From assembly GCF_021869535.1 (NCBI RefSeq), contig NW_026262593.1:16926001-16990000 (forward strand): a stretch of 64,000 nt of DNA, given 5' to 3'. Position numbers and translations under genes: made by a program. The notes under the pieces were generated by a model. It was not told where the DNA came from, did not search any database, and saw nothing but the letters and a program-made list of their open reading frames with translations. Positions 1-14,140 of this stretch are shown here, piece by piece (within the stretch, counting starts at the first letter, position 1; each line of letters opens with the position of its first letter). This stretch comes from Mytilus californianus (Eukaryota).

Positions 1-53
1 CTGCTCTTTGGTCGGGTTGTTGTCTCTTTGACATATTCCCCATTTCCATTCTC
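1..53 (+). repeat. 3' end of interspersed repeat family B (cut by the window edge)
   Basis: Matches 5470-5522. Confidence 0.75.
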
Positions 54-1811
54 TATTCTATACCTACATAATTTGTATCCGGTTTCACTTATCCTTTCTG
101 CGCACCTGCTCGGACATCTTTTTATGGATTCCCTAGGGTATATTCTCTTCGTTGTATATTCCTAATAGATTTACGAGTTATAAACATCGGTAAACTACAT
201 CTGTTACTTATTTATATATCTGACTTGCGAAAACTCTTATCTCGAGCGTGTCGGATGAAAATGTTTCCAACAAACACATTATTTTGTTCATGGAAACAAT
301 GTAAGCCCTTTGGTTCTTTTAATTGCTTATATGAGAGATAGGACACAAATCTTTTGATTTGATGGTTATTCTTGACAGCATGCATATTATATATATACAC
401 CTTCTTATATAAAAATATATGATTGATTCAGATTTTAAGATAAATACTTTTTTATGATATTTGAGCAGACTAGGAAATTTGATATCATGTTAGATCTTTG
501 AGAGTTTATAATAAATTCATTCTCAACTTTAGTAGAATAAGAGCTACTCATATTGTATAGATAGTTGTCTATCATTAAAAAAGCAAATGTTGACTTCTAG
601 GTTACTTTTGATTATTTGTACTTTTGTGTCGTTAGGTTGCTGTCTTATTGTCGTATGTCCTGTATATCCTTGAATTAACACATTTCTGTTTATAATAGGG
701 ATTGGTTTGCCATTTGCGTATTAGCATTTGTTGAGGTCTAAAAGTATTATAAAAATCATGTCTACTATAAATCGGTATTTGCACATGGAATTTGGTATAC
801 ATCGAGAGCTGTTTTATTTCTGTTACATATGAATACAAACTAATTATTTATCGATTAGTACTTGGTAACGACTTGTTTATTATATAAATTAAGTATCCTA
901 TTTGAGTCGGAATTGACAAATTTCTGCAAACGTCATATGTCATTATGATGTCATCAACAGAGATTGCGTACAAGAAAAGTCGATATCAATTAAAACTTGA
1001 ATATCGATTGGCATTGGGAAAAAAATCTAGTATAAAATGGCAATAATATATTTTTTTGAAATTTTGAACTGTTTGCTACTTGCTACGTTCAGTGATTGCA
1101 ACTTCACTTTCCACATGCTTCATATTTTCTGCAATTATTAAACGACATTGAACATATACACATTAACAATTTTCAACATACAAACATCACAGTATGACAC
1201 ACAACTGACTAGACCATATATTTTCTACTCAAGTGCTACATTTTGCACGTTTTAATTCTTCCGTTTGATACTATAATGTATTTGGGATTGTCAAGTAATT
1301 CATATATAGCTTAATATAGTTTAATTGTCAATCATGATATAGTTTGAGTTCCATACATGACATGTCATATTTTTTTTACAATTAGGTACAATAGAATAAT
1401 TTAATGTTCATATTTTGCAAATATCAAACATGCCATGTATATCGTCAGTGGCTGACTTCGGCTAAATATTAAAAGCGTTTTTGTTAGGGATGGTATTGAA
1501 CACTCAGTGCAAATTTAATACTTAGATACTCGAATAAAATGTTTTTGACATCTCACCCTGAGAATTATTTTACCTGAGTTAACCTTGTTTGAAATTTCCC
1601 CTTTATCATCGGATGATATATGTACACTAAATAACATTTACCTTATGAATACTACTATAATAAAAATGACCAAACCAAAATCGGTTGTCAAGATTTATTA
1701 GAAAAAAATGTCAATTTGAAATAAAATTTCGATAAATGAACCCTGATAAAGTAACATATTGTTATGGCACTACAACAAAATATCCACGACGATCAGTTAG
1801 CGCACGAGTTT

Positions 1812-1975
1812 CCCCCAGTTTATGGTGGGGTTTGTGTTGCTCAGTCTTTAGTTTTCTATGTTGTGTTTTGTGTACTATTGTTTGTTTATTGGTCTTTTTC
1901 TTTTTTAGCCATGGTGTTGTCAGTTTATTTTCGACTTATGAGTTTGAATGTCCCGTTGGTATCTTTCGCCTCCCC
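1812..1975 (+). mobile_element. Naiad-type PLE extreme 3' fragment
   Basis: Matches 42030-42190. Confidence 0.7.
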
Positions 1976-3717
1976 TTCTTATGGGATTTTCTCATCTGCT
2001 GGTACAACGTATTAAGAACAAAATCTAATCACAATTAAATGGGATGAGTCTCATTCGACTGATGACTAGACACTCTGTCGGACTTTCACGATGTGTATGC
2101 AGTGATTGTCTGTTCTCGGTCCTTATCTTTATAAATTCTTTGATTGTGCATTTAACTAAACAAATTAATTACTATTTGCATTGCTCATGTTTACTGATAT
2201 GAAATGTGGTAATAAAGGAGAAAACACAGTTAACTAAAACAGATTAAATTGTTATTTCTGATATTATCCAAGTATTCGAGTTGACACGAGTATTTGAGCT
2301 GAGAGTGAATTATTGATTTCATAAGTAATTAACATAAAGCTTTCCTCTATGTTCGTCGATTGTGGAATTTGGTTTCGATGGCACATTTCTTTTTTATTTT
2401 TCACATATCGGGGCGATTTAAAAACTAGTTTTTAAGCGTTTGTTTATCATAGCAGACCTTATGTTGACATACGCATGTCTTTTTGGTATTTTATGTCGTT
2501 GGGTTTGAGTTTTATTGATGTACACCCCACATGATGGTTCGAGGGTAAATACAAAATACTAAAACCCATAAGTGGTACCATATGTTCATCTCTCTATGGT
2601 TCTAAAGGATACTCTTTTGAGTTGTACATCAGAAACAAAACCAATACCAAAGGTACAATGCTAATAAATCCAACGGGTAAAGATGAATACCTTTAGACCA
2701 AACTGAAAATAAATATAAAAAAGATAAGATAAGAAACAGGCTTCCTGCTCACGCTCATAACCCCGAGCATATCATAAATCAAGTAGGCAACGCTTTTGTT
2801 AACGGAAGGATTTCAATCAAACTTTTAAATTATAGTTTATAATAATGTCACAGTACTTAAGGTACAGAGATCACATAAATCAGTTTGCTGTTATTGTAGT
2901 ATGAATACATGTAACAGTAGTCGAATGGGACAACAACGCATCTAGATTCTACGTTTGGTATACGGACTGATAACCGGCCGTTATTTGACATGTTTGACAA
3001 ATCATCAGACTAGTTTAAATCAGATATATATATATATTAAATCTTTGTCAATACAATGGTATACAGAAGTTGCATGTAATAAATAGCACAGATATAGATT
3101 TAAAAAAAAAACACAATGTGTACACTATTTACAAATCTAAATTGAATTTAGCCAGGAGAACACACATGCATTAATATGCCTTATAAATGTACATAGTTTT
3201 TTAAAAGATGATTTTTTTTGGTCATATTCATAACTTCCTTAAATTTGATTATAGTTGGATGATCAATATTCTTTTTTTTCAATATACTTTTTCTTTCTAT
3301 AGCCACACATTTACATTTCATTACATAATGAAATTCATCTCCAAGATCTTTAAAATCACATTGTTCGCATATTCTTTTATATCTCTGTTTTTTTTCATCT
3401 ACTACTTTCTATTGGTTATCTATCATAGTTAATTAGTCTAAACTGACAGGAGATGTAAATATCACGGGGTTCCAAAACATTTAAATACTTTTAAATCCAA
3501 AAAGTTCCTTAAAAGGCAGTAATTTAATGTTTTCGGGTTCGTTTGAATACCTGAATACCATGTTTGTTTAAACTAACCTTGGAGAGATGTTCTTACATCA
3601 GTCTTTAACCAAATTCATTAATACAAGTTTGAATTAACCATACATAAGATAAACCAGTTTCATTAAGAATAGATTCTATACACTTCATTCAATTAAAGTC
3701 AACATTAGTTTCATGAA

Positions 3718-4618
3718 ATAGATATAAAAAGATGTGGTATGAGTGCCAATACGACAACTCTCCATCCAAGTCACAATTTGTAAAAGTAAACCATTATAGG
3801 TCAAAGTACGGCCTTCAACACGGAGCCTTGGCTCACACCGAACAGCAAGCTATAAAGGGCCCTAAAAATGACTAGTGTTAAACCATTCAAACTGAAAACC
3901 AACGGTCTAATCTATATGAAAAACGAGAAACGAGAAACACTTATGAACCAAAATCAACAAACGACAACCACTGAACAACAGGTTCCTGACTTAAGACAGG
4001 TGCAAACAAATGCAGCGGGTTTAAACGTTTTAACAGGCGCCAACCTTCACCACAACCTGAAATAATAGTGTTACATCACAACATAGAAAGACACACTATA
4101 AAATATCAATTAAAATGGCTTAACTCAATCAAAAGACATATTTTGTGTTTACATTGTATCATAGGTCAAATTTATTTGTTCAGTGTATGTTCAATGGTGT
4201 TAATATGTCCTTTGATTGAGTTAAGCTATTTCAGTTGATATTTTATAGTGTGTCTTTCTATGTTGTGATGTTATACTATTGTTTCAGAAAAAGGGTGAAG
4301 GTTTGGTACCATTAAAACGATTAAACCCGCTGCATTTGTTTGCACCCGTCCTAAGTTAGGAATCTGATGTTCAGTAGTTGTCGTTTGTTGATTTGGTTCA
4401 TAAGTGTTTCTCGTTTCTTGTTTTTTATATAGATTAGACCGTTGGTTTTCCCGTTTGAATGGTTTTACACTAGTAATTTTTTGGGGCCCTTTATAGCTTA
4501 CTGTTCGGTGTGAGCCAAGGCTCCGTGTTGAAGACCGTACTTTGACCTATAATGGTTTATTTTGACTTGGATGGAGAGTTGTCTCATTGGCACTCATACC
4601 ACATCTTCTTATATCTAT
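3718..4618. repeat. Inverted pair of interspersed repeat family A (arms 3718-4140 and 4204-4618, 63-bp spacer)
   Basis: The arms are reverse complements ending in GGAGAGTTGTCTCATTGGCACTCATACCACATCTTCTTATATCTAT. Solo truncated copies occur elsewhere. Confidence 0.9.
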
Positions 4619-5169
4619 ATATTGACGAAAACAAGTAAACATACACTGAACTAATAAATTTGATCTATGACACAATGTAAATACAAAATTAATTAAAAAA
4701 AAGGAGGGGGTGAGATGCAAAACAATCTCAGAAAGACAACTATAACCTTGGACAAAATGCTGTTAAATAAAATAACGTACACAGGTAAACACAAATAATT
4801 TTGTTGTAAGGAGTACATGAAATACGGAAATATTTTTTACAAAATAAATAAATTTGTTGTTCATAGTACGAGAACAGAAGTGAAAATTTATCGTCATACT
4901 AAATACTTATCAAAGGTGGTATATATTAAAAAGAGTGAGACTAGATATAACACAAAATAAGTAAACATTAAATAACAAAAATGCATTACAAATTGTATCA
5001 ACAGGTCAAATTAACACGAAAGTACGATTTATGTACTTGCAGTTACTGAAAACTAGTTAAAAGCCAAAAACAAGTAATAATAAAAAAATCATGAATCAGA
5101 GACTAAAATCAATTAAAACGCATCCCAGGGATTTACTGTTTTAACGCCATTGACAGTCAAAGAAGACAT

Positions 5170-5530
5170 GCGTACTGTTGTACGTTTGTTTTTTCTGCAT
5201 TGGCTAGAGGTATAGGGGGAGGGTTGAGATCTCAAAAAACATGTTTAACCCCGCCGCATTTTTGCACCTGTCCCAAGTCAGGAGCCTCTGGCCTTTGTTA
5301 GTCTTGTATCATTTTTAATTTTAGTTTCTTGTGTATAATTTGGAGTTTAGTATGACGTCCATTATCACTGAACTAGTATACATATTTGTTTAGGGGCCAG
5401 CTGAAGGACGCCTCCGGTGCGGGAGTTTCTCGCTGCATTGAAGACCCATTGGTGGCCTTCGGCTATTGTCTGCTCTATGGTCGTGTTGTTGTCTCTTTGA
5501 CACATTCCCCACATCCATTCTCAATTTTAT
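5170..5530 (+). repeat. Interspersed repeat family B
   Basis: Reverse complement of 26417-26785; the 3' end TTGTTGTCTCTTTGACACATTCCC..TCCATTCTC also occurs at 1-53. Confidence 0.88.
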
Positions 5531-5959
5531 GACTTGTGCAATGCCAAAATGAAAGTATCGACAGGCAGTAGGATAGTTAGTATATAACCTTTTAATAAAT
5601 ATGTGAAATGTTATATATAGATAAAGTAATCTATATATAGAAAATGAACGCGGATGTGTATTTATACATCCCCAAAAAACATTTGAAAAGAATACAAATT
5701 TAGTTATGTTTTAATTTGTATATATTTGTATGTTATTGCTGATAATTTACTGGATTTGCTAAAAACAACTTTGCCCAGTAAGAAATCGTGCGAACTTTGA
5801 TATCCAAGCTAATAGGATAAAGTCATTATTATCCATATATATATAACACAATTCGGGGTGGAGGATTTAAGATGGAGAAGAAGTTTACAACATTTCAAAT
5901 GAACTCTTCTTAATATTTCATAATGAATTTTCAACATTGTAATAATTTTGATGAAAACA

Positions 5960-7935
5960 TTAGTAGTATTGATTGTAATAATCATTGAGGTGTTAAAGGT
6001 TGTAAAAGACTTAAAGTTAAAAAAAAAACTGCTGGTTGTGTTGGTATAACAAACGAAATGATTAGAGTGTCATGTTGCAAATTAGTTAAAACATATGTGT
6101 TGATTTTTAATTTGATATTTAAAAGCGGAATATTTTCTTCTATATGGAGAGAAAACATCATTAAGCTTATATTTAAAGGAGGGTGTTTTAATGATCCTTC
6201 CAACTACAGGGGTATAGCCCTTTCTAGCTGTTTAGGTAAATTTTTCTTAAAGATATTATCTACCAGGTTAGAGAACTTTTTTGAAAATAACAGTATATTA
6301 CACAAGGAGCAAATAGGCTTTAGCAGAACAAGTGATCACATTTTAACATTAAAAACTCTGATTGACAAGACCTTTAAAAAATCTAAACATCTATACACTT
6401 GGTTGTAGATCTAAGAAAAGCGTTTGACACAATCAATATAGATGGCCTTTTCCATAAGTTACTAAAATATAATATGAAAGGGTCTTTTTTTAATATTTTA
6501 ACAGATATGTACAAAGATGTCTCTCTCTCTGCAAAATTAAAAGAGGGACTAGCACAAACATTTCCCTCATGTGTAGGATTAAAACAGGGTTGTATATTAA
6601 GCCCTACAATATTTTCTTTGTATATAAATGAACTGGTTGAAACGTTTGACCACAAATGTGATCCAGCATGCCTAGATGATAAACAAGTGTCTTGTCTTCT
6701 TTATGCAGACGATTTAGTAGTAATATCAGAATCAGCATCTGGCCTGCAAAATGCTTTAGATAAATTAAATATATGTTGTGATAAATGGAATCTATCTGTT
6801 AATCTTAATAAAACCAAGATTATAATATTCAATAAAACAGGGAAAAAATTTAAAAAACACAAATTCTATTACAATGGAAAACTACTAGAGCTGACTGATG
6901 AATACAAGTATCTAGGTATAATTTTTAAACCATTTGGATCTTTTACTACAGCAATTGATCAGTTATCTAAAAAGGCTAGCAAAGCTATATTTTGTATTAG
7001 AAAATTATTATTTTCTGAAAAGATGAATTTACTTCCACATTTAAAGCTTTTTGATTCATGTGTTAAACCTATTTTATTATATAGCAGTGAAGTTTGGGCC
7101 ACTGTTAGTTTAGTGAAACAAAATACTACCATCGAGTCAAACTATGCAAACTTTAGTCCAAATAAGATTCAAATCAAATTTGCTAAATTTTTATTGGGTG
7201 TAAAAAAAGGTGCTGTTAATAATGCCGTACTTTCTGAATTAGGTTTATTCCCACTTTCATTGTCAGCCCTTAAAATACAATTAATTTCTGGCTTCATATC
7301 ATTAATATGAATAGTGAGAGTATGGTAAAGAAAGCATACAGTGAAAACTTTAACATGTCTAATGGTTTTTGTAGTAAAATAAAAGTGATATTAGGTAAAC
7401 TTGGTTTTCAGCATGTTTGGGAAAATCAAAATACTATGTCAAAGACAAAATTACTTTTTTCATTTCAAAAGAAATTAGAGGGGAAATTCATAAAATCCTG
7501 GAAACAAGCTCTTTTTTGAAAGCGTTAGTATTTAATAGAAATATACTCTTTTGTAATTTAAGTGATATAGTTCCATCTTTTGTTAATATGTCTGAACAAG
7601 ATAAATTTAGTTTCATTTGAAAAGTAATGATACTGACATTTGTACTGTATGTGTAGCTGGAATAAGCGATATGTATGATTCGAACATTCATTTAAAGCAA
7701 ACATAATGTTGTTAAGAACTGTTGTAGTATTAAAGCTTATTGTAATAGCTTGAATTAATAATATAGTATGAATAACACCTCTACGCTATGTAGATATAAA
7801 ATATGTGTCTCTGTATATTTGTTTTTGTTTATTTTTGTCTATTTTTTATATTTGCATTTTGTAAATGTCAGCTGGTATCATTCCTGTATTGGAATTTACA
7901 CCAATAAAATTATTTGATTTGATTTGATTTGATTT
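5960..7935 (+). mobile_element. 5'-truncated, decayed non-LTR retrotransposon (LINE, CR1/L2/RTE-like RT) with intact 3' tail
   Basis: RT motifs lie across frameshifted ORFs 6058, 6399 and 7307 (NYRGIAL, DLRKAFD, GLKQGCILSP, LLYADD, YKYLG, KPILLYSSEVW). The 3' UTR ends in AATAAA followed by an (ATTTG)n tail at about 7894-7935. Confidence 0.88.
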
Positions 7936-8200
7936 ATTTCCAATTCCCAAAATTTCACAGCCGTAAAGTGAGTCAGGTTTAACCAATTTATCAAATAAAT
8001 CTATTTGACAACTTATTGATAAGCCATGCTTTCTCCTTTTTTTTTTGATAACTTCATACATGGCTCTCGTAGCTTTTTTTACTAGATGCTTCGTATTCGC
8101 TTTAAATGAGCCATTATTAGACAAAATACACTGTTTCAAATGCTTTTTCGAGATCGACAAAAAGCACAGAACATTTTTTTTCTTTTTTAATTTCAAAATT
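7936..8200 (-). mobile_element. Fragment of a second, related LINE RT C-terminal region
   Basis: Minus-strand KKATRAMYEV...SISCQIDLFDKLVKPDSLYGCEILG is the same post-RT domain as KASKAIFCI...LFDSCVKPILLYSSEVW in the adjacent element. Confidence 0.75.
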
Positions 8201-10973
8201 TCAAAAAATGAGTGGAGTGTAAAGATACAGTCAATCGGTGATTAACCATTTCGAAATCCACACTGGTTTTCATGAGCAGTAAAACTTCATCAGAGAACCT
8301 TGCAAGTTTATTACTTAAAATAGCTGTAAATAATTTACCCACACAGCTTTCAATAGTAAAGGGTCGATAGTTTTTTTTGGATCAAACCTATTACTTTTGT
8401 TTTAATAAAATGGCTTGATCGTTTCAATCACAATATCAAGATACTGGTACTATAATATTCTAGTTCTAAAAATATAGTTAAACAATGCAACATTTTATAT
8501 GACCTTGTCCATGACCTTCCACAAGACAATATTTAAAGGCAACTAAATTAGACAACATGTCATGGCATATACATAGATATGGTATGTTCTTTAAATTTTA
8601 CCACTTCGATAACGCCTCGGTAATTGAGGATGTTCTAATAAAAAGGGCTAAATAGTTATGTTTATTTCAAATCATTATTTTTATTTCAAATCATATTATT
8701 ATTTGAAATGATGAGGGAAAACCAAATGACCTTCATTCAAATAGAAAGTTCCTTAGTAACACGAACAGTTAAGCTATGCTTGATCGGGTAAAATTTATTA
8801 GGTAATACAATTCTATTACAATATCACTTCTAGAATGAAGAGTCACATAAAATTCCTACATAATTACAATTAATGATACTTCTGTTAACATATTTGCTTA
8901 TTTACGAACGTACTGAAAAAGGCAATGCATCTTTTACAAAATAAAAATTACGATCTTTATTAAAGCGAACATATTGCATTTTGTTTGATTTCATCATCAA
9001 CGGTATTAGCTTTTTAATTGTTTAATCTTCATTTGGTATAAAATGAAATAAACCCTTAGTTTAAACAAATATTCCGTCTCTCCATGGATTTCTACAATTT
9101 TCTTCGACAAATAAACACCATAAAATGAACAGCCTATTAATTAATACTGTTCAAATATTTCCGCTAAGATCATTAAGATGATTTGTTTCAGGAAATTATA
9201 CTGCTGTGTGCATTCCGTGTCTCCATAATCATCAAAATCAAACAAACACCGTGGAAAACAAATATAAAAAATATTATAAACTCATTCAAATCAATTTTGA
9301 TAATTTTATGGTGTATTTATTCTTGAGAAAACTTCTCTTATGTGTGCCACATCATTCTCTCAATTTTAGGACAGTTTGTATACTAACATTTTAATAAGAC
9401 GCACAACACCTATTCTTGGTCCTCATTCCTATCGACGTTAATTTTTTTTACTTCAAAACATTTTATGGAAGCGAGATCAATATGCCTGTATTTATACACC
9501 AGACCGTACTGCACTGGTTACCGGATTTTTGGATACACCAAACGGTTAACCAGGCACTTCATATCTGAGAAACAGGCTATATATACGCTCATTTTTAAAA
9601 TTCATTCATAATTTTTGTATTATTCAAAAAATTATCAGTAAATCGTGTGTTCTACAAGGATCACCAGTCCTTCACTTTTCATCTGATACCTTAATTACTA
9701 AAATATATGCTCCATAGTTTAAGATTTACAACTATGCGTAGGAACTATTTTGTTTTAAATATGTACTTCTGTCCAGTATGTTCTTTTTGGACCTGGCCCG
9801 ATTGGGTGGTGTTACGTCTTACAAAGTCTATCCAAATAATGTTTGCAAAGAATTTCGCTCAGGCCGGTGCTAGGGGGCCTTCTTAATATTGCAGTGAGGT
9901 GAGAGTTTTTTTTTGCTCCCTGTTGAAGACCTCACTGTGATTTTGAGATGAAGAACAGCAATAAAAGCGCTGTTCCTTTACTTTTTGTGTGTTTATTTTT
10001 ATTTATTTTTGTTGTTGTTGCTGTGCATGTATTGATTTGTGTCATGGATGGATACCCCATATCCTTTGTTTTTCTATCAAATTATCTAACTAGAGGATTG
10101 TTGAATGATTATTGATGTTTAACGCCATTTCGACACTATTCATGGCGGTTTTTTTATGGAGGAGGAGACCTTCTCAGTTTAAACGTCTGTCTGTCTTAAA
10201 TGTTTTATAGGCACAAATTCCGAATTTTCTCCATTCTACATTCGATGATTTTTGTTTGTTATTATATAACCTCCACAATAACTAAAATTATGATATATAA
10301 TGTATCCAAAACAACATCACTACAAACATACTGCCGATGATCAGAATATGGGTGCATTGGATAAATTATTTAAGAAGATGTTTATTTTTAGTTTTATGAC
10401 ACCTCATTTGTTTTATTGTTGGTTCTCTGTATTATCACCTATTATTAATACTACGTGCATACGGGTGAATAGGAGGTATTGGATATATCAGTCAGCAATC
10501 AAACGACTAAAAAACTACTTGTTGAGTTTAACCAATGGTATTTAACAATATACATATACACATATAATATATGTACATTGTCGGAAAATATGAAATGTAT
10601 GTGTATGAGTTTTCGAAACAGGACGAAAAGAGGGGCTCGCCGAGCTTTTTTCCAGTTTCGTATATACGTAGCGAGTTCAACTTTTTTTTTACATTTCCAA
10701 CCATGTACATATATTGTTTTATCCTGTAATTTACACTAGGCACTTTAAGGTTTCGTTGTTTAAATCCAAATATTTGTCTCTGTTTTCCCCCCAAAGAAAT
10801 CGACATAGTATAAACGCGGACCGCGAAGAGAACCCCACAATGAACTGTTATCCAAAAAGAAATATTCGTATTACCGTTTGCTCAACATGGAAGCGGAGTA
10901 ACAGGATACTTTATTTATACCTGTAAGATCGTTGTGGGGCTCATATGGAAGGATCCTATATACAAGTAAGTCC

Positions 10974-11250
10974 AAAGTAAAATAACAAAAATACCGAACT
11001 CTAGGGAAAATTCAAAACGGAAAGTCCCTTTTCAAAAGGCAAAATCAAAAGCTTAATCACATCAAACGAATGAAAAACATTTGTCATATATTCCTGACTT
11101 CGTACAGGCATTTCCTTATGTAGAAAATGGTGGATTAAACCTCTCACTTGTATGACAGTCGCATAGAATTCCATTATTTTGACAACACTGGGTGAGCAAT
11201 ATAAACAAACATAATAGGTAAAAATGTCAAAAATAGGGGTACAGCAGTCA
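10974..11250 (-). repeat. Interspersed repeat family D
   Basis: AAATACCGAACTC...CAAAATCAAAAGCT...TCCTGACTT.GTACAGGCATTTCC; further copies at 50795-50970 and 53838-54120. Confidence 0.82.
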
Positions 11251-12959
11251 GAATAAAGCAAACATTTATTTGTGTACATGTTATTTGTACAATAAATGAC
11301 TTATTACAGGATACACAATATTGTTAGCACTGAATTGTGAATTAATGTAAAAAGATTGGCAAAAATATGACTTAATTACCATATTCCCTAAATGACAGAA
11401 CAGTAAGATACAAAAAAATAGAGTGTATTAATTTTACTGATGTATTTTATTTCGTGTTAATCAATATTGTGTTGCTTACGAATGCATTCATTTTTATTAT
11501 TATTATCAAATTTCAACACTCATAGAGATGGTTAATATCTTGTTAAAACAAAATAGCACCACTTAATTTATATTTTAGTGAAATGCAGGAAGTTTTTTTT
11601 GTCTGTTATTTCCGAAATAAATATGAGCTGAACAGTTGTTCTCATTCAAGATAATCATTCGGAACTCTTAGAAAATGTAATCAACACTAAATTGTTTCCT
11701 TTTAACTTTGTTTAATTATCAAACTCAGCAGTTTTACATGTTACAGTTCATTTATCATAAAAATAAATTATACTTTATTTAGTTTATTCTTATTTCATTT
11801 AAAATCATGACTTAGGATAGAAGACTCTCTTTCCATTAGTTGAGTTTCCAATTTCTAACTCTGTTGAATTGATGTCTTTATTTAATTATAAAATTTCAAG
11901 TAAGACAAATTAATGTGACAAGTTCTTCTCATGTCAAATCTGAATTATAAGCGACATTTTGTTGTACTTTATAGTATAATTCAAGGCCATGAAAACAAAT
12001 AGACGGAAACGAAGTTTTTTATAATTTGATTGATGATTTACTTTGCTTCATATAAACATATGATACTGACGTCCGGTCTTGTTAGATTTACCTTCGTCAT
12101 AGCACTCGAGTGACTAAAGGTGTTGGAGGCTAGATGTGTAAATCTTTTAAGATAGTACAACATAATTCATACAGATCTGACAATACTACAACGGACTAAT
12201 TTCACATGCAGGATTTTCAAGCACGTTTCTAGTACGATAAACAAATTAGATAAGAAAATGTACAATACAGCATTATCTAAATTAGACTCGTTATACCTAA
12301 TCAATGACAACTACACGGATGGCATCTCCGGGAAATGTTGAAAAAATAACAAGATGATTGCCAATAAGACAACTCTCCACCGGAAAAAAATCTCCAATAG
12401 TTAAGGCACAACAAATTTAAAGATCATTTTTATCGAACCTGTCGTTGTAGAAGCAAAATTGTTTAATTTTTGGGTAAAAAAAAACACACAAAAACAATAA
12501 TACCTAAAAAAAAAACCTACATTTAAACCAATTTATGTAAACATGTCATTGAAATGTGCTCAAAATTGTCAAAATTATACCGATTTGAGTAACTGCATAA
12601 CGAAAACTTAAAACTCACCAAAATCGACAAAGAGCTGTTCATAGAACTAAACAATGTGTAAAAATTCCAAAGGATTCAAAGGATGTCACCCTAAGTAACC
12701 GCATGGCGTGGTCGGAGAGAGAAACTTGAGGAACAACGATATACTATACTATTGGGGAATATATAAAAAATTAAGATTGAATAACTGGAGTCATTGAAAA
12801 CTAAAAATAATAATGATAGAAGTAATAATAATTATCAAATACCTGTAGCTGGCTGATTGCAGAAACAGACAAAAAAGAAATAATTAAAGAAAAAAAAAAA
12901 CAAATGAACCTAAAATGTAAAACAATTTAAAAGAAAAAACCAACGGCCTGATTTATACT

Positions 12960-14140
12960 ACGCAACCAACGACAACCCCTGGAATACAGGCCCTTGACTT
13001 TGGACATGAGTAATGATACACAGCAACCAACGACAACCCCTGAAATACAGGTCCTTGACTTTGGACATGAGTAATGATACACAGCAGCCAACGACAACCT
13101 CTGGAATACAGGTCCTTGGCTTTGGACATGAGTAATGATACACAGCAACCAACGACAACCCCTGAAATACAGGTCCTTGACTTTGGACATGAGTAATGAT
13201 ACACATCAGCTAACGACAACCCCTGGAATACAGACCCTTGGCTTTGGACATGAGTAATGATACACAGCAAACAACGACAACCCCTGGAATACAGGTCCTT
13301 GGCTTTGGACACGAGTAATGATACACAGCAACCAACGAAAACCCCTGGAATACAGGCCCTTGGTTTTGGACATGAGTAATGATACACAGCAACCAACGAC
13401 AACCCCTGGAATACAGGCCCTTTGCTTTGGACATGAGTAATGATACATAGCAACCAACGACAATCCCTGGAATACAGGCCCTTGGCTTTGGACACGAGTA
13501 ATGATACACAGCAACCAACGACAACCCCTGGAATACAGGCCCTTGGCTTTGGACAGGCACATGATTAATGATACACAGAAACCAACGACAACCCCTGGAA
13601 AACAGGCCCTTGGCTTTGGACAGGCACGTAAGTAATGATACACAGCAACCAACGACAACCCTTGAATATAGGCCCTTGGCTTTGGACACGAGTAATGATA
13701 CACAGCAACCAACGACAACCCCTAGAACACAGGTCCTTGGCTTTGGACAAGCACATGAGTAATGATACACAGCAACCAACGACAAACCCTTGAATACAGG
13801 CCCTTGGCTTTGGATACGAGTAATGATACACAGCAACCAACGACAACCCCTGAAATACAGGCCCTTGGCTTTGAACAGGCACATGAATAATGATACACAG
13901 CAACCAACGACAACCACTGGAATACAGGCCCTTGGTTTTGGACATGAGTAATGATACATAGCAGCCAACGACAACCCCTGGAATACAGACCCTTGGCTTT
14001 GGACAGGCACATGAATAATGATACACAGCAACCAACGACAACCCCTGGAATACAGGCCCTTGGCTTTGGACACGAGTAATGATACACAGCAACCAACGAC
14101 AACCCCTGGAATACAGGCATTTGGCTTTGGACACGAGTAA
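12960..14140. repeat. Tandem array, 61 bp unit (variants of about 68 bp), 19 copies, inside an interspersed repeat
   Basis: Unit CAGCAACCAACGACAACCCCTGGAATACAGGCCCTTGGCTTTGGACATGAGTAATGATACA. The flanks (12900-12960, 14140-14300) match interspersed copies at 46260-46410 and 57000-57310. Confidence 0.96.

Noticed and set aside
1736-2038. Hydrophobic ORFs here and at 32468, 34524, 37841, 41968, 46287 and 55122
   Set aside because: They are open frames within T-rich 3' ends of interspersed repeats and recur in each copy; they are not membrane-protein genes.
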